Source of the DNA: a virus
DNA: 64,000 nucleotides
Direction: 5' to 3' (one strand)
Virus record (IMG/VR): IMGVR_UViG_3300028840_003687
The notes under the pieces were generated by a model. That model searched no databases. It had not been told where the DNA came from and saw nothing but the letters and a program-made list of their open reading frames with translations. The position numbers and the translations under genes were made by a program. Below are positions 1-8,414 of the stretch, in pieces; position 1 is the stretch's first letter, and every line of letters starts with the position of its first letter.

Positions 1-25
1 CTACCGGGAGATCTTCTCCAACTGC

Positions 26-877
26 ATGGACGAGAAGGGCGAGATCGCAACGGAGATGCCCGAGGGCGAGTGGGGGACCGTGATCGAGATCGACGGCGAC
101 CTCTGCCACGCGGCGCATGACATCCGCTTCACGATCTTCCTCAACTCCCCGGTCATCAAGCACGTCATCGGCCTCGCGTCGCTTCACCAGGGGGGCAGCC
201 CGTACGCCTTCTATCGTGGCATCCGAGCCCACACGCACGAGTACCCGTCGATCTTCACCTGGAACCTGATCGACAGCGTCGCACTCACGGAGGACCGCAC
301 GCTCGCGTCGCCGTACTACCTGAACCGTGCGGTCACGGAGCTGATCCTGGGGCTCGACGACGAGGACCTCTTGGAGCAGCTGCTGCTCGCCGATCGGACG
401 ACCTACGAGGGCAACCTCAATTACGAGATCGTCGCCGTGGAGCCCAGCGAGGCGTTCATGCGCGTCTGCAGCAAGCACCGGACGAACCTGCACCTCAACG
501 GGACGGCCGGCTCGCTCTGGCGCTCGAAGCAGAGCTACACGGTTCTCTACGAGCCAGTGGAGCTGAGCCCGCTGAACGAGGCCGAGATCGACGAGGCGAT
601 CGGGCTGCTGCGGATTCTCGACTGCCCGCTGACGCGTGACGAGTTCATCGTCGTCGACAGCCTGGGCGGCGCCTTCTACGGCGTCTTTCGAGAGGGCTTC
701 ATCCTGATCGACCGGAAGACCCTGGAGAAGGGCCCCCGGTTCATCGCCAGCACGCTCTACGAGGAGTGGATTCACAAGTCCCATGGTCTGCGTGACTGCA
801 CCCGCGAGCTGCAGAACATGCTCTTCGACAAGCTGCTCTTCTTCGTCGACCGGACGCGACGGGCGGAACAGCCATGA
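26..877 (+). CDS. hypothetical protein (frame is open back to position 2, so the true start may lie upstream of the window)
   Basis: 283-aa ORF with GC3-rich codon usage; no stop between window start and the ATG at 26; no recognised domain. Confidence 0.5.
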   Translation: MDEKGEIATEMPEGEWGTVIEIDGDLCHAAHDIRFTIFLNSPVIKHVIGLASLHQGGSPYAFYRGIRAHTHEYPSIFTWNLIDSVALTEDRTLASPYYLNRAVTELILGLDDEDLLEQLLLADRTTYEGNLNYEIVAVEPSEAFMRVCSKHRTNLHLNGTAGSLWRSKQSYTVLYEPVELSPLNEAEIDEAIGLLRILDCPLTRDEFIVVDSLGGAFYGVFREGFILIDRKTLEKGPRFIASTLYEEWIHKSHGLRDCTRELQNMLFDKLLFFVDRTRRAEQP

Positions 878-1089
878 GCTGCGGCGACTGCAAGCACGTC
901 CGGACGGTCCTGCACGCCCCGTTCGTGCCCGAGACCGTGAAGGTCACGTTCCACTGGCGCCCGCCGTTCATCCGGCGCGAGGTGATCACCCACGATCGGA
1001 TCCGCATGGACTGGTGCCATCGCTATCCGAAGTCGGTGCTCGCGAAGCACAAGTGCGGAGAGTACGAGCCGATGGAGGCGAACTTATGA
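874..1089 (+). CDS. small hypothetical protein
   Basis: 71-aa ORF, ATGA start/stop overlap with upstream gene (translational coupling); several Cys/His. Confidence 0.4.
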   Translation: MSCGDCKHVRTVLHAPFVPETVKVTFHWRPPFIRREVITHDRIRMDWCHRYPKSVLAKHKCGEYEPMEANL

Positions 1090-1478
1090 GGATCCTCGTC
1101 TGTGGCAGCCGCGGCGCCAGCACGTCCTTCGTGGTCGATCGCTTGGACCACCTGCTAGGCCAGGTGTACAGGGGCACGAAGACGATCATCCACGGCGCAG
1201 CCCGGGGCGCCGACACCGGCGCTGGCATGCTCGCCCGCCACCTGGGCCTCTTCGAGGAGTCCTACCCGGCTGCCTGGGAGCGCGACGGGAAGGCCGCCGG
1301 CCCGATCCGGAACCAGCGCATGCTGGACGAAGGCGATCCCGACCGCGTCATCGCGTTCTGGGACGGGAAGTCGAAGGGCACGCTGGACATGATCTCGCGA
1401 GCGACCGCCGCGGGAATCCAGGTCTGGATCGAACCGCTCCAGAGCCAAGAGCCGGCGCAGGGGGAGCTGGGGCTATGA
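1087..1478 (+). CDS. SLOG-superfamily YspA-like protein (DUF2493-type phage protein)
   Basis: MRILVCGSR...IIHGAARGADTGAG...AGPIRNQRMLDEG...AFWDGKSKGT pattern matches the GSR / GAARGAD / GPxRNQ signature of DUF2493/SLOG proteins; ATGA overlap with the upstream ORF. Confidence 0.7.
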
Positions 1479-1690
1479 AGTCTTGCTGCGCCGAGCGCCT
1501 GCGTTACGGGATCGTCGCCGTCGAGAACAAAGCTGACGCATGCAACCTCTGCATGGGCCTCTGGTGGCTCGACCGCGGACAGACGGAGCTGCGCACCGGG
1601 TTCCCGGTGAAGGCCTATGAGGCGCTCGCTGAGGCACGCAAGCGCCTGGAGAACTACACCAAATGCCGAACGGAGAACTGCCTACGATGA
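1475..1690 (+). CDS. small Cys-rich hypothetical protein
   Basis: 71 aa, multiple Cys (CCAE, CNLC, CRTENC); overlaps neighbours by 4 nt. Confidence 0.4.
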   Translation: MKSCCAERLRYGIVAVENKADACNLCMGLWWLDRGQTELRTGFPVKAYEALAEARKRLENYTKCRTENCLR

Positions 1691-2001
1691 AAGGTCTCGA
1701 GCCGGCGATCCACGCGTTCCTGGAAGCCTGGGACGACCCGGACGTCATCTACGACAGCTACGAGGTGTTCGTGGCACCGATCCGCGAGGCGATCGAGCAC
1801 TACGACGAGCCCGAATACCAGTGCCCGCTCTGCGGCCAGGCGAAGGCCCAGCCGGCGACGGAGATTCTGCGTGCGATCAAGTCGTGCGAGGTCTGGTCGG
1901 CCGACGGCACGAGCTGGACCTTCCTCAACTCCAGCTACGAAGGTGACTTGGAGGCGATGCTGGAGGACATGCTCAAGGTCATCCGAGGAGAGGTCACCTG
2001 A
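1663..2001 (+). CDS. hypothetical protein with CxxC motif
   Basis: 112-aa ORF, acidic, CPLCG motif. Confidence 0.45.
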   Translation: MPNGELPTMKGLEPAIHAFLEAWDDPDVIYDSYEVFVAPIREAIEHYDEPEYQCPLCGQAKAQPATEILRAIKSCEVWSADGTSWTFLNSSYEGDLEAMLEDMLKVIRGEVT

Positions 2002-2068
2002 TTTTTTCTTCTAAAAGTTCGTCACCTTCCTGTACCCCCGGATACATACCGTCAGAGGTTAGGTTGAT

Positions 2069-2482
2069 ATGCTGAAGCACATGGTCACGTCCCCCATTCT
2101 CTACGCGACTCCGTTCGTCGGTCGGGATCAACCCCACAAGACCCAGGAAGGGAAGCTCTGGCTCTCGTGCGCGGAGTACGGGTTCTCGTTCTGCTGCGCT
2201 GAGATCGACGAGTCGTTCGGTCCGATCCAGCACGGCGAGATCGTCCGCATTGAGGTCCGGCTGAACGAGTTCCTGGGCTCGAAGCCCTTCCCCTACGACG
2301 AGGCTGGACGGATCTCCGAGCTGGCGGACCGGATGCTGAGCGAGATGTTCGGGCACGAGTATGGCACCTCGGAGTGGGAAGAGAGCTTCATCGAGGCATG
2401 CGGCCTTGACGAAGACGCGATCGAAAGCAGCCTGGGGTCCACTCTCCCAGGCGACCTTTACTACTGCGTGAGGCGGGTATGA
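2069..2482 (+). CDS. hypothetical protein
   Basis: 137-aa ORF, coherent codon usage, no recognised motif. Confidence 0.5.
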   Translation: MLKHMVTSPILYATPFVGRDQPHKTQEGKLWLSCAEYGFSFCCAEIDESFGPIQHGEIVRIEVRLNEFLGSKPFPYDEAGRISELADRMLSEMFGHEYGTSEWEESFIEACGLDEDAIESSLGSTLPGDLYYCVRRV

Positions 2483-2527
2483 GGTTCGAGCTAGTCGAGA
2501 AGACCGAGGCTCTCAGGGGGGAACACG

Positions 2528-2797
2528 GTGACGACGAAGCGCGTGGAGATGGCGATTCGGGAAGCGACGACTAGTCCAGTTGCTGGGCGTCGATACGTGC
2601 GCGTCACCGTCAGTAAGCCGTTCATGACGACTACTCGGGTGGTGCTTTCGCTGATCGCAGACGACCCGCCGAACGACCTGATCCGAATCTCGGAGAGCCC
2701 ACTGGGCAGTCTGCTGCTGGTGCAGGGATCAACCCAATACCTGCTAGCAAGCGGCCAGTGGTCAGACCTTCGACTAACGGAATACGAGGAGAACTAG
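2528..2797 (+). CDS. hypothetical protein
   Basis: 89-aa ORF ending 1 nt before the next start. Confidence 0.35.
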   Translation: MTTKRVEMAIREATTSPVAGRRYVRVTVSKPFMTTTRVVLSLIADDPPNDLIRISESPLGSLLLVQGSTQYLLASGQWSDLRLTEYEEN

Positions 2798-3223
2798 ATG
2801 CCCGGAAACAAGCTCTACAACCCCGGCCAGCCGTCGCTCGCGCAGCGGCTGAACCACGCGTCCCGCACGCGGCAGGCTGGCTACTCGAAGACGAACCGAG
2901 AGGAAGTGCTCCTCTTCAAGCGGCGCATCGCCGACGGCATGGATCCCGAGGAGGCCCGCAAGGGCACGAAGATCTCGAAGCGGATGGTCCCGGACATCCT
3001 CGCCGGCCGCACCTGGGCCTCGGTGATCCTGCTCGTGCTGATCGCGACGGTCACGATGGGCAACAGCTGCGTCGCAGGCAACGACTATACGGTCACCTGC
3101 CAGGGCATCAACTACCCGCTCTGTCGGGACGTGCCCTACGACTACCCCTGCCTCTGCCTGAGCGCGCCGGACGGCGTGACGTCGCAGCGGGCCCAGGAGC
3201 TGAGGTACCTGAACGACCGATGA
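2798..3223 (+). CDS. hypothetical protein (basic N-terminus, Cys-rich C-terminus)
   Basis: 141-aa ORF; ATGATG overlap with the next gene. Confidence 0.45.
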   Translation: MPGNKLYNPGQPSLAQRLNHASRTRQAGYSKTNREEVLLFKRRIADGMDPEEARKGTKISKRMVPDILAGRTWASVILLVLIATVTMGNSCVAGNDYTVTCQGINYPLCRDVPYDYPCLCLSAPDGVTSQRAQELRYLNDR

Positions 3224-3675
3224 TGGAGGAAATCTTCGGAGGGGAAGGTGGCAAGCTCAAAGTTGTGCTGAACCAGAAGTTCTGGACTGTGCCGCCAGAC
3301 GAGCAGGAGGACATCCTTCAGGAGTCCTACCTGATCGCGCTGCGGCGCGGCCTGCTGTACGAGCCGCTGACCTGGTGGGCTGCCACCACACTTCTCCTCG
3401 ACGCATATCGTTCTGTCCGAAAGCCCAGGGGGCAAAAGATGAAGCACTTCCCAACCGATCCCGACAAGCTCACTGAGCTGGCCGACCCGCCGAACCAGTG
3501 GGCGGACATGGAGGTCCGAAACAAGATGCTGAGTCCCGAAGAGCAGGAATTCCAGGAGTGGCTGGAAGGGCCGGAAAACGCGAATTTCAACGTCTCGCTG
3601 GCCACGGAGACCCGATTTCTGCTGAATTCGATGCCCTTCACCCTGCGGGAATTGGCTGGACACTGCAAGCGGTGA
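3220..3675 (+). CDS. hypothetical protein with weak sigma-70 region-2-like segment
   Basis: MMEEIF... start overlapping the upstream stop; the 'DILQESYLIALRRG' segment resembles ECF sigma region 2.1/2.2; no clear region 4 - low confidence on function. Confidence 0.4.
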   Translation: MMEEIFGGEGGKLKVVLNQKFWTVPPDEQEDILQESYLIALRRGLLYEPLTWWAATTLLLDAYRSVRKPRGQKMKHFPTDPDKLTELADPPNQWADMEVRNKMLSPEEQEFQEWLEGPENANFNVSLATETRFLLNSMPFTLRELAGHCKR

Positions 3676-3693
3676 TCATGCTACGATCCCGGT

Positions 3694-4248
3694 ATGGATG
3701 CAGCTCTCGGGTGGATCGGTGACCTCGTCAGATACTTCGCGCGCCTGGTGCCTCGGCTCCAACTCGTGCGCATTACCGAGCGGGCGGTCAAGTTCCGCCG
3801 CGCGAAAGCGCTGGAGGTCGGACCTGGGCTTCACTGGTGGTGGCCTGTGACGACCGAGATGGACGTCTACCCGGTGGTCCGGCAGATCGTGAGCCTCGAG
3901 CAGCAGATGATGCAGACCGAGGACGGGAAGACCTTGGTGGTCGATGGCGTCATCGTCTACTCGATCACCGACCTCTACACCTTCTGCGTCGAGAACCACG
4001 ACGCCGAGGAGAACATGGCGGAGCTGGCCCAGGCGGGCATGCGGAAGGCGGTGCTCTCGACGACCATGGAAGAGATCGGCGCCGGCCGTGCGAAGTTCGA
4101 CCATCGCCTGACGCGCGAGGCGCAGAAAAGTCTGAGTGGATTCGGCGTCGAGATCGAATCAATGCGACTCCAAAGCTGCGCGGAAGGCACTGTACATATA
4201 CACGCGGGCGCGGCCGTGACGATCGGCATCGCAGCAGGAGGCGAATAA
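3694..4248 (+). CDS. SPFH/band-7 (stomatin/prohibitin-like) domain protein
   Basis: Conserved SPFH core pattern (VDGVIVYSITD...AEENMAELAQAGMRKAVLSTTMEEI...FGVEIESMRLQ). Confidence 0.65.
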   Translation: MDAALGWIGDLVRYFARLVPRLQLVRITERAVKFRRAKALEVGPGLHWWWPVTTEMDVYPVVRQIVSLEQQMMQTEDGKTLVVDGVIVYSITDLYTFCVENHDAEENMAELAQAGMRKAVLSTTMEEIGAGRAKFDHRLTREAQKSLSGFGVEIESMRLQSCAEGTVHIHAGAAVTIGIAAGGE

Positions 4249-4469
4249 TGTACCGAGATCATCTGACCGGAGAAGTAAAGCGACGAGACCTGGGCTTCGC
4301 AGTCATGCTGGCCACGGCCATCATCTTCTGGGGAGGAGTCTGGGCATGCGTCGGATTCACCGTTGGGTACAGCAGCGAATCCGCAGCCGTTCGGAAGGCG
4401 TGCGAGCGCATGGTCAAGGATGGCTGGGAGGTCACGGTCGACTACTGCGTGACCGAGCTACGGCCATGA
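4248..4469 (+). CDS. small membrane protein
   Basis: 73 aa, one hydrophobic helix (FAVMLATAIIFWGGVWACVGF); start overlaps the stop of the SPFH gene. Confidence 0.45.
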   Translation: MYRDHLTGEVKRRDLGFAVMLATAIIFWGGVWACVGFTVGYSSESAAVRKACERMVKDGWEVTVDYCVTELRP

Positions 4470-4777
4470 CCAGGAGGCGGCCCAGCACGTTTTCGGTGAT
4501 CAGCTGGATCCTGGTGTTCGTGATGGCGCTCTACGTCTCGCTGGTCATCGTCCCCGACGCCCAGGCGAGCACTCCTCCGAAGCCCCGAGCGCGGCTGCTG
4601 CTTGAGATCCGGGACGAAAGGCTTCGGGTCTTCGAATACGAAACGGACAAACTGATGTGCCACATCTCGGTCATCGATGTTAAGATGATCGGGTCGCAGG
4701 CCAGCATAACATGCGTGAGAAAAGATGACCAAAAAGCATATCCCGAGCGTCGACTGTTTCTCGATCCGAGCCGCTGA
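4466..4777 (+). CDS. membrane protein (N-terminal TM helix)
   Basis: MTRRRPSTFSVISWILVFVMALYVSLVIV TM segment; ATGA overlap with the upstream gene. Confidence 0.45.
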   Translation: MTRRRPSTFSVISWILVFVMALYVSLVIVPDAQASTPPKPRARLLLEIRDERLRVFEYETDKLMCHISVIDVKMIGSQASITCVRKDDQKAYPERRLFLDPSR

Positions 4778-4872
4778 GCGACGCCGACAACTACTCAAAG
4801 AACGCGACGAGTTACTCGCCAAGCTGGCGGGACTGGCGAAGATGCGTCGATATATGAACGGAGAACGAGAAG

Positions 4873-5943
4873 ATGGCTGAAGAGGTGAAGTTCCACACGG
4901 TCAGCGACCGCGCCTTTCGGGCGATGAACCAGGCGGCGATCGACACCCAGGCGCTTCTCGAGGCCACGGAGAAGTCGCTCGACCGCGCGCTCCAGGAGAA
5001 CCTGAAGCTCCAGGAGCAGGTGGCCCGCCTGACGCGGGACGCTGAGACCGACGAGGAGATCATCAACGCGCTGGACGAGATGGTCGAGCAGCCTCCCACC
5101 GACGTCTGGGACAACACGGACGCGAAGCTCGTGAAGCAGCTGAACGGTGAGCTGGAGAAGGCCAACGACATGATCGTGCTGCTGATGGGCCAGCGAGAAT
5201 GGGGTGCGGCCACCGGTGCGCTGCTGGAAGACCCGGCCGTGAAGCGCGCCTACGACGATGTCCACCGTCGAAAGCCTGTGTCCGGACCGCCCGCCCCCGC
5301 GCGCGAGGAGATGATCGAGGCCGAGGCGACCGTACGACCGGCGCTCAAGGCCACCGAAGAGGCAGCCCAACGCATCGTCCAGAGCATGAACGCGGCGGAG
5401 GTCCAGATCGACAAGGACATCCTCGCGAGCTTCGCGCAGGACAAGACGATCAAGCGGCTGGACGACGAGATCATCATCGACGACCCGTTCGACGAGGTTT
5501 TCGGCACCGCAGCCCACGCGGCGAAGGCCGGCGAGCCTATCAGCGTGATCATCAACGATCCGCTCCGCCCCGACCGCGTGATCAAGCGACTCGACGACGA
5601 GCTGCAGGTCGCCGAGGTCAAGGTGGCCCTCGCCCAGGGCGATCGGGCGAAGATCCAGCAGACGCTGACGCAGACCCAGAAGGCCTGCCGGCGGTACAAG
5701 GCGCGGATCTCGAGACAGAACGAGCAGCTCGACGCGCTGAAGAAGCTCGCAGAGGCGGCGTTCCCGCTCTACGAGAAGCTCGTCTCTGCAATGGGGAGCG
5801 AGACCGTGATCAAGACGGAGCACGCGAAGCTCACCTACTTCTCCCAGAGCAGGGAGACCGAGCAGCAGTGCGTCGCCTTCCACAACGCTTTCAACGAGGC
5901 CGCTGAGGCCCTTACGCCCCCGCGGCGAGGAGATACGGAATGA
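4873..5943 (+). CDS. coiled-coil protein
   Basis: 356 aa, heptad-rich and acidic (LQENLKLQEQVARLTRDAETDEE...); GGAG-type RBS; the long antisense ORF 4795..5883 is judged a shadow. Confidence 0.55.
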   Translation: MAEEVKFHTVSDRAFRAMNQAAIDTQALLEATEKSLDRALQENLKLQEQVARLTRDAETDEEIINALDEMVEQPPTDVWDNTDAKLVKQLNGELEKANDMIVLLMGQREWGAATGALLEDPAVKRAYDDVHRRKPVSGPPAPAREEMIEAEATVRPALKATEEAAQRIVQSMNAAEVQIDKDILASFAQDKTIKRLDDEIIIDDPFDEVFGTAAHAAKAGEPISVIINDPLRPDRVIKRLDDELQVAEVKVALAQGDRAKIQQTLTQTQKACRRYKARISRQNEQLDALKKLAEAAFPLYEKLVSAMGSETVIKTEHAKLTYFSQSRETEQQCVAFHNAFNEAAEALTPPRRGDTE

Positions 5944-6176
5944 GTCAGAACAACGCGAGCAGTGGCGGAATCGGAATCTTCGGTCTGATGTTCGTGGCCC
6001 TCTTCGTCGGGAAGGTCTTCGAGATCGGCGCCGTCGCCAGCTGGTCCTGGTGGTGGATCACCGCGCCGCTCTGGGGCCCGATCGCCTTCGTGATCGTCGT
6101 CTTCCTCGTCATCGTTTTCGCGGTGGTCCTCTACGAAGCGTTCACGGGCAACAAGTCCGGCTTCCGGAACTACTGA
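5940..6176 (+). CDS. small membrane protein (2 TM helices)
   Basis: 78 aa with two strongly hydrophobic segments; ATGA overlap. Confidence 0.5.
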   Translation: MSQNNASSGGIGIFGLMFVALFVGKVFEIGAVASWSWWWITAPLWGPIAFVIVVFLVIVFAVVLYEAFTGNKSGFRNY

Positions 6177-6177
6177 C

Positions 6178-7164
6178 ATGGGCTACATCACCTACACGCA
6201 TGTGGAGCGACTCGGCCACCCGAACGTCGACGGCCTGCTGATCGGCGACTGCTACATCTTCCCGAAGCTCGACGGCGCGAACGCTGTGCTCTGGAGCGAT
6301 CGGGAGAAGGGCGGCGTATGCACAGGCTCGAGACGGCGCGACCTCACGGTAGAAGGCTCGGCCGACAACCACGGCTTCCGTGCGACCATGCAGGAGCTGT
6401 GGAATAACGGCGACCTGGAGTGGATCCAGGACACCTACGATGGCGTGAAGTTCCCGATCTTCTACGGCGAGTGGATGGTGCCGCACACTCTGAAGACCTA
6501 CCGGGAGGACGCCTGGCGTCGCTTCTACGTCTTCGATGCGCGATGCCCAGACACGGGACGCTACCTACACTACGACACCTGGGCTCCCCAGCTGATCGAG
6601 TATTACGGTCACGTCGTCGAGCCGCTCGCGAAGATCACGAACCCGACGGAAGAGGACATCGTCCGGATGCGGGACGTCATCAACACCTACCTGATCTCCG
6701 AGAACAGCGGAGTCGGGGAGGGCGTGGTCGTCAAGAACTACGACTTCGTCAACCACGTCGGCAAGACGGTCTGGGGCAAGAGCGTCCGCAACGACTTCAA
6801 GGAAGACAACAAGCGTGCGTTCGGGACCCCGGAGCATCAAGGCAGCTTCCAGGTCGAGTGCGCGATCGCCGAGGAGTACGTCACCCAGGCGTTCGTCGAG
6901 AAGACGCGAGCGAAGATCGTGATGGCCATGGCTGAGCAGGCCTGGAGAGACGATCCGGCGCTCCGGGACATGAGCGCTCAGCGGATCGCTGACGCTCAAC
7001 GGGGCTCTCTGATCCCCCGGCTGCTGGAGACCGTCTTCCACGAGCTGCTCGACGAAGAGACGGCGGCGTTCGTGAAGAAGCACAAGAACCCGACGATCGA
7101 CTTCAAGAAGCTGCGCGGGTTCGTTGTCGCGCAGGTGAAGAAGCACGCTGGCGACCTGTTCTAG
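6178..7164 (+). CDS. ATP-dependent RNA ligase, Rnl2-like nucleotidyltransferase (a minimal DNA ligase is not excluded)
   Basis: Covalent nucleotidyltransferase motifs in order: motif I KxDGxN (FPKLDGANAV), motif IV EGVVVK, motif V (GKTVWGK); ~330 aa with a non-OB C-terminal region, as in Rnl2. Confidence 0.6.
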   Translation: MGYITYTHVERLGHPNVDGLLIGDCYIFPKLDGANAVLWSDREKGGVCTGSRRRDLTVEGSADNHGFRATMQELWNNGDLEWIQDTYDGVKFPIFYGEWMVPHTLKTYREDAWRRFYVFDARCPDTGRYLHYDTWAPQLIEYYGHVVEPLAKITNPTEEDIVRMRDVINTYLISENSGVGEGVVVKNYDFVNHVGKTVWGKSVRNDFKEDNKRAFGTPEHQGSFQVECAIAEEYVTQAFVEKTRAKIVMAMAEQAWRDDPALRDMSAQRIADAQRGSLIPRLLETVFHELLDEETAAFVKKHKNPTIDFKKLRGFVVAQVKKHAGDLF

Positions 7165-7170
7165 GTCATC

Positions 7171-7249
7171 TGGGGCGTAGCTCAAGGGCAAGAGCACTGG
7201 CCATCTGCAGTATACGGCCAGCGACGCGGGTTGGAGTCCCGCCGCCTCA
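7171..7249 (+). ncRNA. tRNA-like element with non-canonical anticodon arm
   Basis: 7-bp acceptor stem TGGGGCG/CGCCTCA (one G-T), D-arm GCTC-AAGGGCAA-GAGC, T-arm GCGGG-TTGGAGT-CCCGC; the anticodon arm is a 6-bp stem CTGGCC/GGCCAG closing a 13-nt loop; T-loop is TTGG rather than TTCG; no CCA. Confidence 0.3.
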
Positions 7250-7285
7250 GTGCTAGCCTGGCGCCTCCCTACACAGGAGGCTGTC

Positions 7286-8017
7286 ATGCTGACCCGACTT
7301 CTCGCTCTCTTCGTCCTGCTCTTTGCGCTGCCCAGCGGGGCGGCGGTCTTTTCCGAGACCCAGAACTCGATCACGTTCACGTCGAACAACCCGTTCGGCT
7401 CGAGCCCGTCGCTCGTCGACCCGGCGTTCTTCGCCGAGTTCCCCTTGGGCGTGAACCCGTTCACGATCAGCTCCAGCTACGACGATGCGGCTTCGACGTT
7501 CGACCAGTGCTTCGGACCTGGCATCGACGACTGCTACCTGGTCACTACCTCGGGCGCGACGTTGTCGATCACGCTTGCCGGCGAGACGTTCACCCAGGCG
7601 GACTTCGACTTCACGAACGCATTCCTGACGCCAGCCGAGGCGAACAGCTTCGACCCGATCGACGGCGCGGTCTTCCCTGCGCTGGTGACGACCGACGTCG
7701 CCGGAATCAGCTCGGTGAACACGCTTGGCACGGCCAACGTGAACCGCTTCGGCCTGCTCGATCGGTGGTCGCTCGAAGGCGTCGTCCTCCAGGTGAGCCT
7801 ACCTGAGGCGTCGAACCTGCTGCCCGATCCGCTCGGCTTCGACGGCTTCAACTTCTACACGCAGGGCGTCGATCGCACCGGCGCGTTGATCATCTACGAC
7901 AACGTGCTGGACCAGACCGGCTACGCGTTCATCACGAACCCGGAGCCCGGGGCGGCGGTGCTGATGGGCCTGGGGCTCATGGGGCTCGCCGGGCTCAGCA
8001 AGCGCAAGCGGGTCTGA
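7286..8017 (+). CDS. secreted PEP-CTERM domain protein (predicted exosortase substrate)
   Basis: AGGAGG RBS 7 nt upstream; N-terminal signal peptide (MLTRLLALFVLLFALPSGAAVF); C-terminus ...ITNPEPGAAVLMGLGLMGLAGLSKRKRV is PEP motif + TM helix + basic cluster. Confidence 0.65.
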   Translation: MLTRLLALFVLLFALPSGAAVFSETQNSITFTSNNPFGSSPSLVDPAFFAEFPLGVNPFTISSSYDDAASTFDQCFGPGIDDCYLVTTSGATLSITLAGETFTQADFDFTNAFLTPAEANSFDPIDGAVFPALVTTDVAGISSVNTLGTANVNRFGLLDRWSLEGVVLQVSLPEASNLLPDPLGFDGFNFYTQGVDRTGALIIYDNVLDQTGYAFITNPEPGAAVLMGLGLMGLAGLSKRKRV

Positions 8018-8024
8018 TTTCGAC

Positions 8025-8309
8025 CTAGTTCGGGAGTGCGGTGTTCACGTCTGCGAGGTCGAGCGACTGCCCCTGGGCCTGCAGCAGCGCCACGTAGATC
8101 GGCTCCACCAGCGGCGTTCCCGACAGCACGAGCGCCATCAGCATCGCGTGTGAATGGCCGATCGAGACGGCGTCCATGTCCCCCGGCAGGTAGAGGCAGA
8201 GGCTGCCGTCAGCTCGAGTCACGATCGCGGCGTCGCCTTCGCTCAACTCGATCTGGCTCTCTTCGCTCCACGTCCGCTTCGTGACTGTCGTGTAGTCCTG
8301 ATTCTTCAA
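8025..8309 (-). CDS. hypothetical protein
   Basis: 94-aa ORF on the - strand between the two PEP-CTERM genes; acidic. Confidence 0.35.
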   Translation of the reverse strand: MKNQDYTTVTKRTWSEESQIELSEGDAAIVTRADGSLCLYLPGDMDAVSIGHSHAMLMALVLSGTPLVEPIYVALLQAQGQSLDLADVNTALPN

Positions 8310-8414
8310 CTTCTCGGTCCAGGGCTCGCCGATCGCGTCGGTAGCCTTTGTGGCCGTGCCTCCCGCCCCTGGGCATGTCCCGGTGGAGCTGGCGAGACCG
8401 GCGTTTGATTGCCT

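Noticed and set aside
4795-5883. 362-aa - strand ORF antisense to the coiled-coil gene
   Set aside because: Arg/Leu/Gly-rich low-complexity translation typical of shadow ORFs in GC-rich DNA; the + strand frame has an RBS and coherent heptads.
7171-7249. Canonical tRNA gene
   Set aside because: Not called as a bona fide tRNA: 13-nt loop on a 6-bp stem, TTGG T-loop and no identifiable anticodon. Kept only as a low-confidence tRNA-like element.
6565-7464. 299-aa - strand ORF antisense to the RNA ligase gene and spanning the tRNA-like element
   Set aside because: Overlaps a motif-bearing + strand gene; composition (R/L/V/D-rich) and lack of start context indicate a shadow ORF.
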